Of a DNA stretch of 38,447 nucleotides, positions 26,011-35,049 are shown in pieces. The stretch's first letter is position 1. Every line of letters starts with the position of its first letter. The position numbers and the translations under genes were made by a program. This stretch comes from Vulcanimicrobiales bacterium. GTDB taxonomy: Bacteria; Vulcanimicrobiota; Vulcanimicrobiia; Vulcanimicrobiales; Vulcanimicrobiaceae. The DNA lies in contig JBBRLI010000030.1 of NCBI GenBank assembly GCA_038231455.1, forward strand, positions 1 to 38,447, given 5' to 3'. Below the pieces are notes generated by a model. It saw only the letters and a program-made list of their open reading frames with translations, was not told where the DNA came from and did not search any database.

Positions 26011-26965
26011 GATTCTGATCGTGCGCACCGATGGCATCGGTGACGCACTCGTGCTCGCGCCGCTCATCGCGGCGTTACGCGCGGCGGGAAAGACCCTGGG
26101 CATCGTGCTCTCGACTCGCAATGCGGAAATCTTCGCCCCGGACGCGTTCGCGGAGGTGCACGTTCTCGAACGCATCCCGTGGCCAAAACACGGCTCGACC
26201 GGCAAGTCACTTGCGCGCGTGACGCGCGAGGTGCGTGACGCGGGGTACGATGCCGCCCTCATTGTATCCGAAGAACCCGAAGCCTATACGCTCGCGCGTC
26301 GCGCACTCGTCCCCGTGCGCATCGGTTTTTGGAACGCGTGGCAGAAGCCGCTCAAGTCAGTGTGGGTGCGCACGCAGTGCACGCGCGTGGTTCGACGCGG
26401 CGCATCGCTCGGCGATGATTCAAAGCACGAAGCCGAGATCGTCTACCAACTCGGCGCGGCGTGCGTGAACGAGCCCCCGCCGGTCGATGCGATGCGCTTG
26501 CGGGACGTGATCGTCGGCGATGCGCCGCTCGCGCCGGGGCCGCCGGTCATGCAGCTCTCGCCGAAGTGGCGCGCATGGGGCATGCCGGATGAGGCGTTTA
26601 TCGCGCTCGTGCGCGGACTCGCGACGCGCGGTGTGCGGCTCGTTGGAACGGCCGAGGATCTGCTCGCAAGCGCCGTCCCCGCTGATCTTGATGTCGTCTG
26701 TTTCGATTCGCTGCCGCCGTGGAAAGCCACGATCGCAAACGCAAGCGCAGTGATCACGCCCGACAGCGGTGCGGCACATCTCGCCGGAATGCTCGGCGTT
26801 CCGGTGATCGACTGGTTTCCCGCTTACGGCTACGACGCGCTCGTGCGCCGCTGGCGGCCGTGGATCGCGCCGTACCGCGCGCTGCACGCACGCGCGGATG
26901 AAACGGTCGATGCGCTGATCGCGCGCATCACGGGAGCGCTCGACGCGCTCGTGCCGGCAACCTAA
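25997..26965 (+). CDS. Glycosyltransferase family 9 (heptosyltransferase-like)
   Basis: KILIVRTDGIGD and ITPDSGAAHLA. Start inferred at TTG 25997. Confidence 0.9.
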   Translation: MNANKILIVRTDGIGDALVLAPLIAALRAAGKTLGIVLSTRNAEIFAPDAFAEVHVLERIPWPKHGSTGKSLARVTREVRDAGYDAALIVSEEPEAYTLARRALVPVRIGFWNAWQKPLKSVWVRTQCTRVVRRGASLGDDSKHEAEIVYQLGAACVNEPPPVDAMRLRDVIVGDAPLAPGPPVMQLSPKWRAWGMPDEAFIALVRGLATRGVRLVGTAEDLLASAVPADLDVVCFDSLPPWKATIANASAVITPDSGAAHLAGMLGVPVIDWFPAYGYDALVRRWRPWIAPYRALHARADETVDALIARITGALDALVPAT

Positions 26966-27970
26966 ATGCGCGCGTTGCTCGTGGCCGCCGGAGGCGGTCT
27001 TGGTGACGCGCTACTCGCATCACCGCTCGCCCGCGCTCTGCGCGCGCGGTATGACGAGGTCGACGCGGTCGTGCTGCCGGCGCATCGGGCGCTTGCGGAA
27101 CGAACCGGGGCATTCGATGAGGTTTTCGATGATTCGCCGCCACGGCCGACGCTCGTTCGCCATTTGCGCAAGCAAAATTACGACGCTGCCGTCGTCACGT
27201 GGTCGACGTTGCACACGGCGACCATTCCCTTTGCCGCGGGGATTCCGATTCGCGTCGGTCAAGCGCGGCGGCTCTATTCGCCGCTCTATACGCACCGCGT
27301 AACCGTGCGCAGCGAAGCCGGCGATCGCACGACGCACTGGACGCAAATCTTACTCGATTACACGCGCGCGATCGACTGCGATCTTAGCGATGCAACGCCA
27401 AGACTTGTGCCGACGGCGGATGACGAAGCCCAAGCCCAAACGGTGCGCGCTTCGAATGGAGTCGAGGGGGCGTATGCGATCCTGCATCCGACGCGCGGGC
27501 TCTCGCATGCCCGCGAACGCTGGCCGACGAGCGGTCTTGCGGCGCTTGCAGGCTCGCTGCGCGCGCGCTACGGGATCCCCTTACTCGTGAGCGGCGGTGT
27601 AAGCGATGTCGGTATCGCAGCGCGTGTGGCGGCCGAAGGCGATGCAATTTCGATTGCGGGCACGACGGGAATCGGCGCGTTTGCAGCGCTCGCGCGCGAC
27701 GCGCAGTTCGTCGTCGCGATGGATTCGGGGCCAATGCACGTTGCAGCGGCGATGGGCGCACCGACCGTGGGGCTCTTCCTTTTGCAGTCCGACGAACCGG
27801 ATCGCTGGGCGCCGCTCGGGCCGCAAACGGCCGTCGTGCGCGCGAGTTATCCGTGTCCGATCGAGCATCGCAAGGAGACATGCCCGGATTTCCCATGCGT
27901 TCGCGAGATTGACGTCGCCGCCGTTCTGGGGGCGCTCGACGGGTTGCGCGTGGCGCTACGCGAAGCCTAA
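26966..27970 (+). CDS. Glycosyltransferase family 9 (heptosyltransferase-like)
   Basis: GGGLGDALL, AMDSGPMHVAAA, RWAP and a C-terminal Cys cluster (CPIEHRKETCPDFPC). Confidence 0.92.
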   Translation: MRALLVAAGGGLGDALLASPLARALRARYDEVDAVVLPAHRALAERTGAFDEVFDDSPPRPTLVRHLRKQNYDAAVVTWSTLHTATIPFAAGIPIRVGQARRLYSPLYTHRVTVRSEAGDRTTHWTQILLDYTRAIDCDLSDATPRLVPTADDEAQAQTVRASNGVEGAYAILHPTRGLSHARERWPTSGLAALAGSLRARYGIPLLVSGGVSDVGIAARVAAEGDAISIAGTTGIGAFAALARDAQFVVAMDSGPMHVAAAMGAPTVGLFLLQSDEPDRWAPLGPQTAVVRASYPCPIEHRKETCPDFPCVREIDVAAVLGALDGLRVALREA

Positions 27971-27975
27971 AAGCT

Positions 27976-28326
27976 GTGAAGACCATCGGCAAGACCATCG
28001 ATTACGAAACCTTCGCGGCCGTCGACATCCGCGTCGGGACGGTGGTTCGCGCCGAGCCCCTCGAAGGCGCACGCAAGCCCGCGATCAAGCTCGAAATTGA
28101 TTTCGGTGCGGAAATCGGCAAAAAATGGTCGAGCGCTCAGATCACGGTGCATTATACGCCCGAAGCACTGATCGGGAAGCCCGTGTGTGCGGTCGTCAAT
28201 TTCGCGCCAAAACGGATCGCGGGATTTGAATCGCAGGTGCTCGTGCTCGGTTTTGCCGATGCTACGGGAGCGGTCGTGCTCGTCGCGCCCGACCACAACG
28301 TGGCAAACGGCGCGCGACTCTACTAG
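27976..28326 (+). CDS. csaA: CsaA/Trbp111-family tRNA-binding protein / export chaperone
   Basis: VDIRVGTV, IDFG, SSAQIT, VVNFAPKRIAGFESQVLVLG and NGARLY. Confidence 0.92.
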   Translation: MKTIGKTIDYETFAAVDIRVGTVVRAEPLEGARKPAIKLEIDFGAEIGKKWSSAQITVHYTPEALIGKPVCAVVNFAPKRIAGFESQVLVLGFADATGAVVLVAPDHNVANGARLY

Positions 28327-28329
28327 CCG

Positions 28330-29232
28330 ATGCGTGTAACGATTCAAGTCTGCACGTATAAACGCCCGCATCTGCTCGGGCGCGTGCTCGATTCGTATTT
28401 CGAGCAAAACGCGCCGAGCGATGCCTACGAAGTCGTGCTCGTCAACGATGGCTCGCCCGATGAAACGCCGGCGGTCATCGAAGCGGCGCGCGCGCGTGCG
28501 AACTGTGCCTTCACCGTCATCAATCAAGAAAATAGCGGGCTTGCAAAGGGCCGAAATGCCGGCATCCGCGCATCGCGCGGGGAGCGTATCATCTTCACTG
28601 ACGACGACGTGCTGCCCACGCCGCGTTTCGTTGAAGAGCACCTGCGCTCCGATGAACGACACGGCGATGTGATCGTGCGCGGGGCGGTCATTAACACGGA
28701 AAATTTCGATGTGCTCCCGCCGCCGATCTGGACGCCCGCAAATTACAGCGGCAACTACTTCTGGACGAGCAATGTCTCCGTGCGTCGGTCACGACTGGAC
28801 AAGATCGGCACGTTCTTCGATGAGTCGTTCACCGAGTACGGATGGGAAGACATCGAGCTTGGCATGCGCTTGCGCGCGATCGGCACGCGCGGCGTATTGA
28901 ATAAAGACGCGCTCGCGTTCCATTTCAAGCCGCGCCCGCGAGGAACGAGCGTGGCCGGGATGGTCCGGCAGGCGCGCGCGCAAGCGCGTACCGCCGTGCA
29001 GCTTGCCCAGCGTCATCCGCACTGGCGCGTACATCTTGCGACCGGCGATACCGCACCGCAACGCACGCTGTTCCGACTCTTGCACAACGTCGGCCTCGGC
29101 GAACGCCTTGCGCCGTTGATCGGCGATGATGATGCCGAGCGCAAACTTTCGCTTCCGCAGCAAATTGCCGCGCAGGCCATCGCGGCGGATGCCTATTACG
29201 AAGAGCTCGAACGCGCGAAACACGGGCGCTGA
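28330..29232 (+). CDS. Glycosyltransferase family 2
   Basis: CTYKR, VNDGSPD, FTDDD and FDESFTEYGWEDIELG. Confidence 0.93.
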   Translation: MRVTIQVCTYKRPHLLGRVLDSYFEQNAPSDAYEVVLVNDGSPDETPAVIEAARARANCAFTVINQENSGLAKGRNAGIRASRGERIIFTDDDVLPTPRFVEEHLRSDERHGDVIVRGAVINTENFDVLPPPIWTPANYSGNYFWTSNVSVRRSRLDKIGTFFDESFTEYGWEDIELGMRLRAIGTRGVLNKDALAFHFKPRPRGTSVAGMVRQARAQARTAVQLAQRHPHWRVHLATGDTAPQRTLFRLLHNVGLGERLAPLIGDDDAERKLSLPQQIAAQAIAADAYYEELERAKHGR

Positions 29233-30212
29233 TGCGCATTTTGCTCTCGCGCACCGACCGGGTCGGCGACCTCATCCTCACGACGCCAACGATCGCAACG
29301 ATCCGGCGCACGTTCCCGGATGCGCATATCACGATGGTGTGCTCGCGGTACAACAGCATCGTGATGGATCGCAATCCCGATGTCGATGCAATCGTCAAAT
29401 TGCCCTCGGAGGTCGCACCGGAAGTCTTCGGCCGGCGATTCCTCGGAAAGGTCGATCTTGCAATCGCGCTTGCGCCGCGCGAAGTCGATATGCGCGTCGT
29501 CGGCGCGACGCGCGCTCCGCGGCGCATCGGCTACACGTACGTGCGCCGGTATCTCATGCGCCTCACCGCGCGCCGCTGGCTGACGGATCTGCTGGTCTCG
29601 GAGGCCGACCCGGAACGCTCGGATCGCGATCCAAGCGTGACCGTCCGTCACGAAGTCGACCAAGTGCTTGCGCTTGCAACGTCGGTCGGCGCGCGACATC
29701 TCTTGCACGAACTCGTCGTGCCGGTCGGTCCGGGCGAACGGGCGACGGCCGAGCGGCTGCCGCTGGGCTCGATCACCGTTCAACTCGGGAAGCGTTGGAT
29801 GGAAACGGGCAGCACGATTGCAAGCACGCTCGAACTTTTTCGCGATCTGCGTGCTCTCGGCCGGCCGCTCGTAGCCACGTACGCGGACGACGGCCGGGCG
29901 CTCGCGCTTGCCGTCAGCGACTCGGGACTCGCCGACCGCGTGATCGGCGAACTGGGCTTTCTCGATTGGGCGGCGGCCCTCGAGCGTGCGGCCGTCGTGG
30001 TCACGATCGATACGGGTGCGACGCATGTCGCAAGTGCCATGAAGCGGCCGACGGTCGTGCTCTTCGAATATAAATACTTCCGCCTGAACTCGCAAGAATG
30101 GTCGCCGTACCGGGTGCCGAACGCCGTTCTGCGCAAACCGCGCACCGATGCGCCCGATGCTTTGGCAGCATCGCGAGCCGAAATCGTCGATGCGGTGCGC
30201 AGTCTTTTATGA
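29232..30212 (+). CDS. Glycosyltransferase family 9 (heptosyltransferase-like)
   Basis: MRILLSRTDRVGDLIL, TIDTGATHVA and EWSP. Confidence 0.92.
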   Translation: MRILLSRTDRVGDLILTTPTIATIRRTFPDAHITMVCSRYNSIVMDRNPDVDAIVKLPSEVAPEVFGRRFLGKVDLAIALAPREVDMRVVGATRAPRRIGYTYVRRYLMRLTARRWLTDLLVSEADPERSDRDPSVTVRHEVDQVLALATSVGARHLLHELVVPVGPGERATAERLPLGSITVQLGKRWMETGSTIASTLELFRDLRALGRPLVATYADDGRALALAVSDSGLADRVIGELGFLDWAAALERAAVVVTIDTGATHVASAMKRPTVVLFEYKYFRLNSQEWSPYRVPNAVLRKPRTDAPDALAASRAEIVDAVRSLL

Positions 30213-31105
30213 ACGAACCGCTGATTTCTGTCGTCATCCCCACCTACAACCGCCTCGACCGGTTGCGTTTCGTCATCCCGGCGCTCTGCGCGCAGGATCT
30301 CGGGCCGATGCACTTCGAGGTGATCGTCTCCGACTCGAATTCGAATGACGGCACGGCTGAGTATCTCGCAGCAATCGCGCGCGAGTATCCGAACGTGAAG
30401 CACGCACCGGGACCTTGGACCGGTCGCGCGATGGCACGCAATGCCGGGATCGAAGCAGCACAAGCGCCGCTCGTGCTTTTCACCGATGCCGACATCATCG
30501 CATCGCCCGATTTACTCTCGCGCCATCTCGCGCGCCATGCCGATGGCAAACCGAAAGCGGTCGTCGGGTGGGAAGTGCAAGTCGACTCCTATGACGATTA
30601 CTTGCGCAAAAAGAACAACCCCGCGATCCGCGGTTCGCTCCATCCGGCAGCGCGCAAACACTTGGACTGGCTCTATTTCATGACGGGGAATGCATCGGTC
30701 CGGCGCACGGACCTCAATCGCCTGGGTCGCTTCGATGAAGATTTCACGGGTTACGGTCATGAAGACTTAGAACTCGGCTATCGCATACGCCAAGCGGGAC
30801 TGCCGATCGAGTACGCGCGCGAAGCGGTGAACTACCACTGGCACCCCGTACCGTACGACGAACAGCAGGGTCGCATGGAACTGGCGGGCCGCTCGACCGT
30901 GCGTTTCTGGCGCAAGCATCCGACGTTCGGCGTGCAGGCAAAACTCGGGATGACGCAGCTCTCGCTCGTGCTGCACGACGTGGTCGATCGCAGCGAGCCG
31001 CTCAAAGCGTGGATCGAACGCGGCGCGCCCGGCGGCGGACTGCCGCGCGCGCTCTCGTTTCAGTATCACTACCTCACCGGAGTAAAGGCAGCCCTTCGTG
31101 ACTAA
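30209..31105 (+). CDS. Glycosyltransferase family 2
   Basis: ISVVIPTYNR, FTDAD and FDEDFTGYGHEDLELG. ATG 30209 overlaps the upstream stop. Confidence 0.93.
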   Translation: MNEPLISVVIPTYNRLDRLRFVIPALCAQDLGPMHFEVIVSDSNSNDGTAEYLAAIAREYPNVKHAPGPWTGRAMARNAGIEAAQAPLVLFTDADIIASPDLLSRHLARHADGKPKAVVGWEVQVDSYDDYLRKKNNPAIRGSLHPAARKHLDWLYFMTGNASVRRTDLNRLGRFDEDFTGYGHEDLELGYRIRQAGLPIEYAREAVNYHWHPVPYDEQQGRMELAGRSTVRFWRKHPTFGVQAKLGMTQLSLVLHDVVDRSEPLKAWIERGAPGGGLPRALSFQYHYLTGVKAALRD

Positions 31106-32876
31106 ACGTGTTTCTTGCGGCGCACTTCGCGCATCCGACGTGCAGAGCACGATCGATGTCCGCGGCTGGGTGAATCGTCGTCGCGATCACGGCGGATTGA
31201 TCTTCATCGACGTGCGCGATCGTGATGGAATCACGCAGCTCACGTTCGATCCGCAGAACGCTGCGACATTCGCGATTGCCGAGACGCTGCGTCCGGAGGA
31301 CGTGATCGGCGCGATCGGCGTCGTGCGTGCGCGTCCCGACGGAACGACGAATCCGAAACTCGGCACGGGCGAGATCGAAGTCGGCGTCGAGGAACTCGAG
31401 ATCCTCAATCGCTCGCAGACGCCGCCGTTCGTCGTTGCAAACGACGACGATGTCGATGAATCGATTCGCCTACGTTACCGGTATCTCGATCTGCGCCGCA
31501 CGCGCATGCAGCACAACCTCACCGTGCGCCACAAAATCACCAAGGCCATGCGCGATTATTTCGACGAGCACGGGTTTCTCGAGATCGAGACGCCGGTGCT
31601 CATCAAATCCACGCCCGAAGGCGCACGCGATTATCTGGTGCCCAGCCGCATCTACCCCGGCAATTTTTACGCGCTACCGCAATCGCCGCAGTTGCTCAAG
31701 CAAATCCTCATGATCGGCGGCTTTGGCCGCTACATGCAGATCGCGCGCTGCTTCCGCGATGAGGATCCGCGTGCCGATCGGCAGCCCGAATTCACGCAGC
31801 TCGACGTCGAGATGACCTTCGTGGATGAAGAAGACGTCTTGCAGATGATGGAAGGCTGCGTCGCGCGCGTTTGGAAACAGGCGCTCGGGATCGAGATCGC
31901 ACAGCCGATCTTGCGCCTCTCGCATGCCGAGTCAATGCGACGCTTCGGGAACGACAAACCCGACATGCGCTTCGGCCTCGAACTCGCCGATGTCGCACCG
32001 GCATTTGCTAACACCGAGATCAAATTCTTGGCTCCGCACGCCGCAAGCGATGCGAGCCGTATCATCGCGGTACGCTATCCCGGCGGTGCAGCACTTTCAC
32101 GCCGCGACTTCGATGAACTCACCGAGCTTGCGAAAAGCTTTGGCGCCGGCGGCCTCATCTGGCTCTCGCTCGCAGCAGATGGCTGGAAGTCATCGATTCA
32201 AAAATTGCTCAGTGATGATGTTGTCGCGAACATCCAAAAGCTGGCGGGAGCGGAAATGGGCGATGCGCTGCTGGTTATCGCCGATAAGAAAGACGGCGCG
32301 ACCAATGTTGCCGGCCGTTTGCGTTCTGCCATCGGCGAGCGTTTAGGTCTTACCGACCCCGCCGCGTTCGCGTTTTGCTGGGTCTTGAATTTCCCGCTCT
32401 TCGAACAAGATCCGGAAACGGGAGAGATCGCCTCATCGCATCATCCGTTCACGGCGCCGGGACCCGGCGAGTGGGATCTGATCGACACGGATAAGCTGGC
32501 GATGCGCGCACAGCATTACGATTTGGTACTCAACGGATACGAACTCGGATCGGGTTCGATCCGCATACACAAGCCGGAATTTCAGCGCAAGATCTTCCGC
32601 GGACTCGGCCTCACCGATGAGCAGATCGCGGACCGCTTCGGTTTCTTCATGGAAGCACTCGAGTTCGGCGCTCCGCCGCACGGTGGCATGGCGCTGGGCC
32701 TGGATCGCATTGCGATGCTCGCTTGTGGCGAGACGAGCATTCGCGACGTCATCGCGTTTCCGAAGAATCAGATGGCACGCGATCTCATGATGGAGGCGCC
32801 GAGTTCCGTTCCGCCGATATCGCTACGCGATCTAGGCTTGACGATCAAGACTGCCCCCAGCGCCCCCCCGTCCTAG
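31098..32876 (+). CDS. aspS: Aspartate--tRNA ligase, probably the non-discriminating Asp/Asn type
   Basis: RRRDHGG, RYRYLDLR, STPEGARD, ALPQSPQ, CFRDED, QPEFTQLD, HHPFT and GAPPHGG. Confidence 0.98.
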   Translation: MTKRVSCGALRASDVQSTIDVRGWVNRRRDHGGLIFIDVRDRDGITQLTFDPQNAATFAIAETLRPEDVIGAIGVVRARPDGTTNPKLGTGEIEVGVEELEILNRSQTPPFVVANDDDVDESIRLRYRYLDLRRTRMQHNLTVRHKITKAMRDYFDEHGFLEIETPVLIKSTPEGARDYLVPSRIYPGNFYALPQSPQLLKQILMIGGFGRYMQIARCFRDEDPRADRQPEFTQLDVEMTFVDEEDVLQMMEGCVARVWKQALGIEIAQPILRLSHAESMRRFGNDKPDMRFGLELADVAPAFANTEIKFLAPHAASDASRIIAVRYPGGAALSRRDFDELTELAKSFGAGGLIWLSLAADGWKSSIQKLLSDDVVANIQKLAGAEMGDALLVIADKKDGATNVAGRLRSAIGERLGLTDPAAFAFCWVLNFPLFEQDPETGEIASSHHPFTAPGPGEWDLIDTDKLAMRAQHYDLVLNGYELGSGSIRIHKPEFQRKIFRGLGLTDEQIADRFGFFMEALEFGAPPHGGMALGLDRIAMLACGETSIRDVIAFPKNQMARDLMMEAPSSVPPISLRDLGLTIKTAPSAPPS

Positions 32877-32879
32877 GGA

Positions 32880-33074
32880 CTAACCCCAGTTTTGACGGCG
32901 CGTTTCGCGAAACAGCATTTTCTTGTTGAGTTCGCGTAGCGCGTCGATCGAGCGGCGATGCTCGTCGGATTTCGAAAATTTGCTTGCGGCGCGCAGTGAG
33001 GCATCGAGGCTCCGTTCGCGTGCCGCGTAGACCAGGAACGCTGCGTAGTCTTTATCGTCGAATTGCTGCTTCAT
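32880..33074 (-). CDS. Small hypothetical protein (64 aa)
   Basis: MKQQFDDKDYAAFLVYAARERSLDASL... fills the gap between the UDG and aspS stops and has plausible composition. Confidence 0.55.
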   Translation of the reverse strand: MKQQFDDKDYAAFLVYAARERSLDASLRAASKFSKSDEHRRSIDALRELNKKMLFRETRRQNWG

Positions 33075-33107
33075 GACAAAGGGTGGCTTACCCAACGCAA
33101 CTTTGAA

Positions 33108-33812
33108 TTAATCGTGGCGAAGCTCACTCGCACGCGAAAATATCGCATCGAGCATCCTCTCGGTGAGGACGCCCGTGTTCGTATTCTGTAAAGACGGGTG
33201 ATACGACGCGAGACGGACGATCGTTCGGCCGTCTCTTAAGCGATAGCGCGTTTCGGCTCCGTGAGCGAATTTTGCCGGCGGCTCGGTCGCTTCCGCACCG
33301 ATTGATCGGAGAAGCGAGGCAACCGTGTCGTTGCCGATTTTCCCCAGGCACACGACGACGGTAACGTTGTGGAGCGCCGCAAACTCACGCTGCAAGTAGG
33401 GAAAACAATTTGCCTTTTGCTGCGGCGTCGGTTTGTTCTGCGGTGGCGCACAGCGGATGGCAGCCGTGATGAATGCATCGTGAAGGACGAGCCCGTCGTC
33501 GATTCCGGTCGCATGCGGTGATGATGCGAAGCCCGCGCGATGGAGTGCGCGATAGAGCCACTCGCCGGATCCATCACCCGTGAACATGCGGCCCGTGCGG
33601 TTCGAGCCGTGAGCGCCCGGTGCGAGTCCGACCAGCAACACGCGTGCGTTGTGATCGCCAAATCCCGGCACGGGTGCGCCATGGTATTCCCGATCGCGAT
33701 AGGCTTTTTTCCGAACGCGCGCGATCTCTGCGGTGTACGCGCGCAGTTCGGGACAACGCATGCAGCCGGAGAGTTCGTTTGTGATGAGGTCGATCGTGTC
33801 GATGGCATGTAT
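33108..33812 (-). CDS. Uracil-DNA glycosylase family 5 (UdgB-like, Fe-S); start uncertain
   Basis: CMRCPEL, PVPGFGD, GLAPGAHGSNRTGRMFTGD, RCAPPQNKP and SYHPS.QNTNTG. There is no canonical in-frame start near the expected N-terminus (see findings). Confidence 0.92.
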   Translation of the reverse strand: MHAIDTIDLITNELSGCMRCPELRAYTAEIARVRKKAYRDREYHGAPVPGFGDHNARVLLVGLAPGAHGSNRTGRMFTGDGSGEWLYRALHRAGFASSPHATGIDDGLVLHDAFITAAIRCAPPQNKPTPQQKANCFPYLQREFAALHNVTVVVCLGKIGNDTVASLLRSIGAEATEPPAKFAHGAETRYRLRDGRTIVRLASYHPSLQNTNTGVLTERMLDAIFSRASELRHD

Positions 33813-33855
33813 CCGTAAGCGGGGATCGGGTTTGCTGTGTTGGGAAGAAAGCGGC

Positions 33856-35049
33856 GTGAACGGTATCGATCGGCGCGGCATGGCCGTCCTCTCTCTCGCC
33901 CACGTCTTCGACGATATCAATCAGAGTTTTCTGCCGGCGCTCTTGCCCTTTCTCGTCCTGCAACGCGGATTTACTAACGAGAAGGCGGCATTCCTCATGC
34001 TTGCCGCAAGCGTCGCATCGTCGGTCGTCCAGCCCGTGATCGGGTATCTTGCCGACCGTCGCTCGATCCCGTGGCTGATCCCGATCGGCATGTTCTTCGC
34101 CGCGGCCGGCGTTGCCGTTGCGGGCGTCATGCCGACATACACGGGGATCACCGTCGTCGTGACGATCAGCGGCATCGGCGTTGCGGCTTTCCATCCGGAA
34201 GCGGCGCGCTACGCGAATTACGTCTCGGGGTCCAAGAAAGCAACGGGAATGAGCTTCTTTGCCGTCGGTGGCAACGTGGGCTTTGCGCTCGGTCCGATCG
34301 TTGCGACGCCGTTGCTCCTCGCGTTCGGTCCATCGGGCACGCTGTTCGCGCTCATTCCCGCGGCGATCTGGGCGGTCGTCATTTTCATCGAACTGCCGCG
34401 CATGCGCACGTTCGCCCCGGCGAAGCGCACCAAGAAAATCGGTGTTGGTGAGGACCAGTGGGGACGCTTCGCTTTGCTCACCAGCTTCATCGTCGTGCGT
34501 TCGATCGCGTTCACCGGTATCATCACCTTCGTTCCGCTCTACGCGATTCGCGTCGTGCACGCAAGCGTGCCGCAAGCAAATATGGCCCTCGCGGCCCTCT
34601 TGGTGTGCGGCGCCATCGGCACCGTGATCGGTGGACGTATCACCGATCGCATCGGGCGCATTCCGGTCCTTTTGATTTCGATGTTCTCTGCAGGGCCGCT
34701 GCTAATCGCGTTCATCGTCGTGACGAGCGGCGGCGCTTGGTTTGCAATCGTCGGATGCATCGTGCTCGCCGGACTCGTCGGTTTGCTGTTCGTCCCCTCG
34801 CAAACCGCATTCGTCGTACTCGCACAAGAGTATCTGCCCAACCATCTTGGAATCGCGGCGGGTGTGTCGCTCGGTCTTGCGATCAGTTTAGGCGGCGCGG
34901 CGGCGCCGCTTCTCGGCCGACTCGGCGATCGCTCGGGCCTCACCGCGACGATGTGGGCGAACGTTGCGATCGTCGGACTTGCCGGCGTGCTTGCCGTCGC
35001 GCTAGCGCTCGTGTCGCGTCGGAGGAACCGCGCGGCGCTCGCCGCTTAG
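33856..35049 (+). CDS. MFS transporter (Fsr / fosmidomycin-resistance-like)
   Basis: HVFDD, VQPVIGYLADR, AFHPEA, FAVGGNVG and GGRITDRIGR, with about 12 TM segments. Start GTG 33856. Confidence 0.92.
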   Translation: MNGIDRRGMAVLSLAHVFDDINQSFLPALLPFLVLQRGFTNEKAAFLMLAASVASSVVQPVIGYLADRRSIPWLIPIGMFFAAAGVAVAGVMPTYTGITVVVTISGIGVAAFHPEAARYANYVSGSKKATGMSFFAVGGNVGFALGPIVATPLLLAFGPSGTLFALIPAAIWAVVIFIELPRMRTFAPAKRTKKIGVGEDQWGRFALLTSFIVVRSIAFTGIITFVPLYAIRVVHASVPQANMALAALLVCGAIGTVIGGRITDRIGRIPVLLISMFSAGPLLIAFIVVTSGGAWFAIVGCIVLAGLVGLLFVPSQTAFVVLAQEYLPNHLGIAAGVSLGLAISLGGAAAPLLGRLGDRSGLTATMWANVAIVGLAGVLAVALALVSRRRNRAALAA

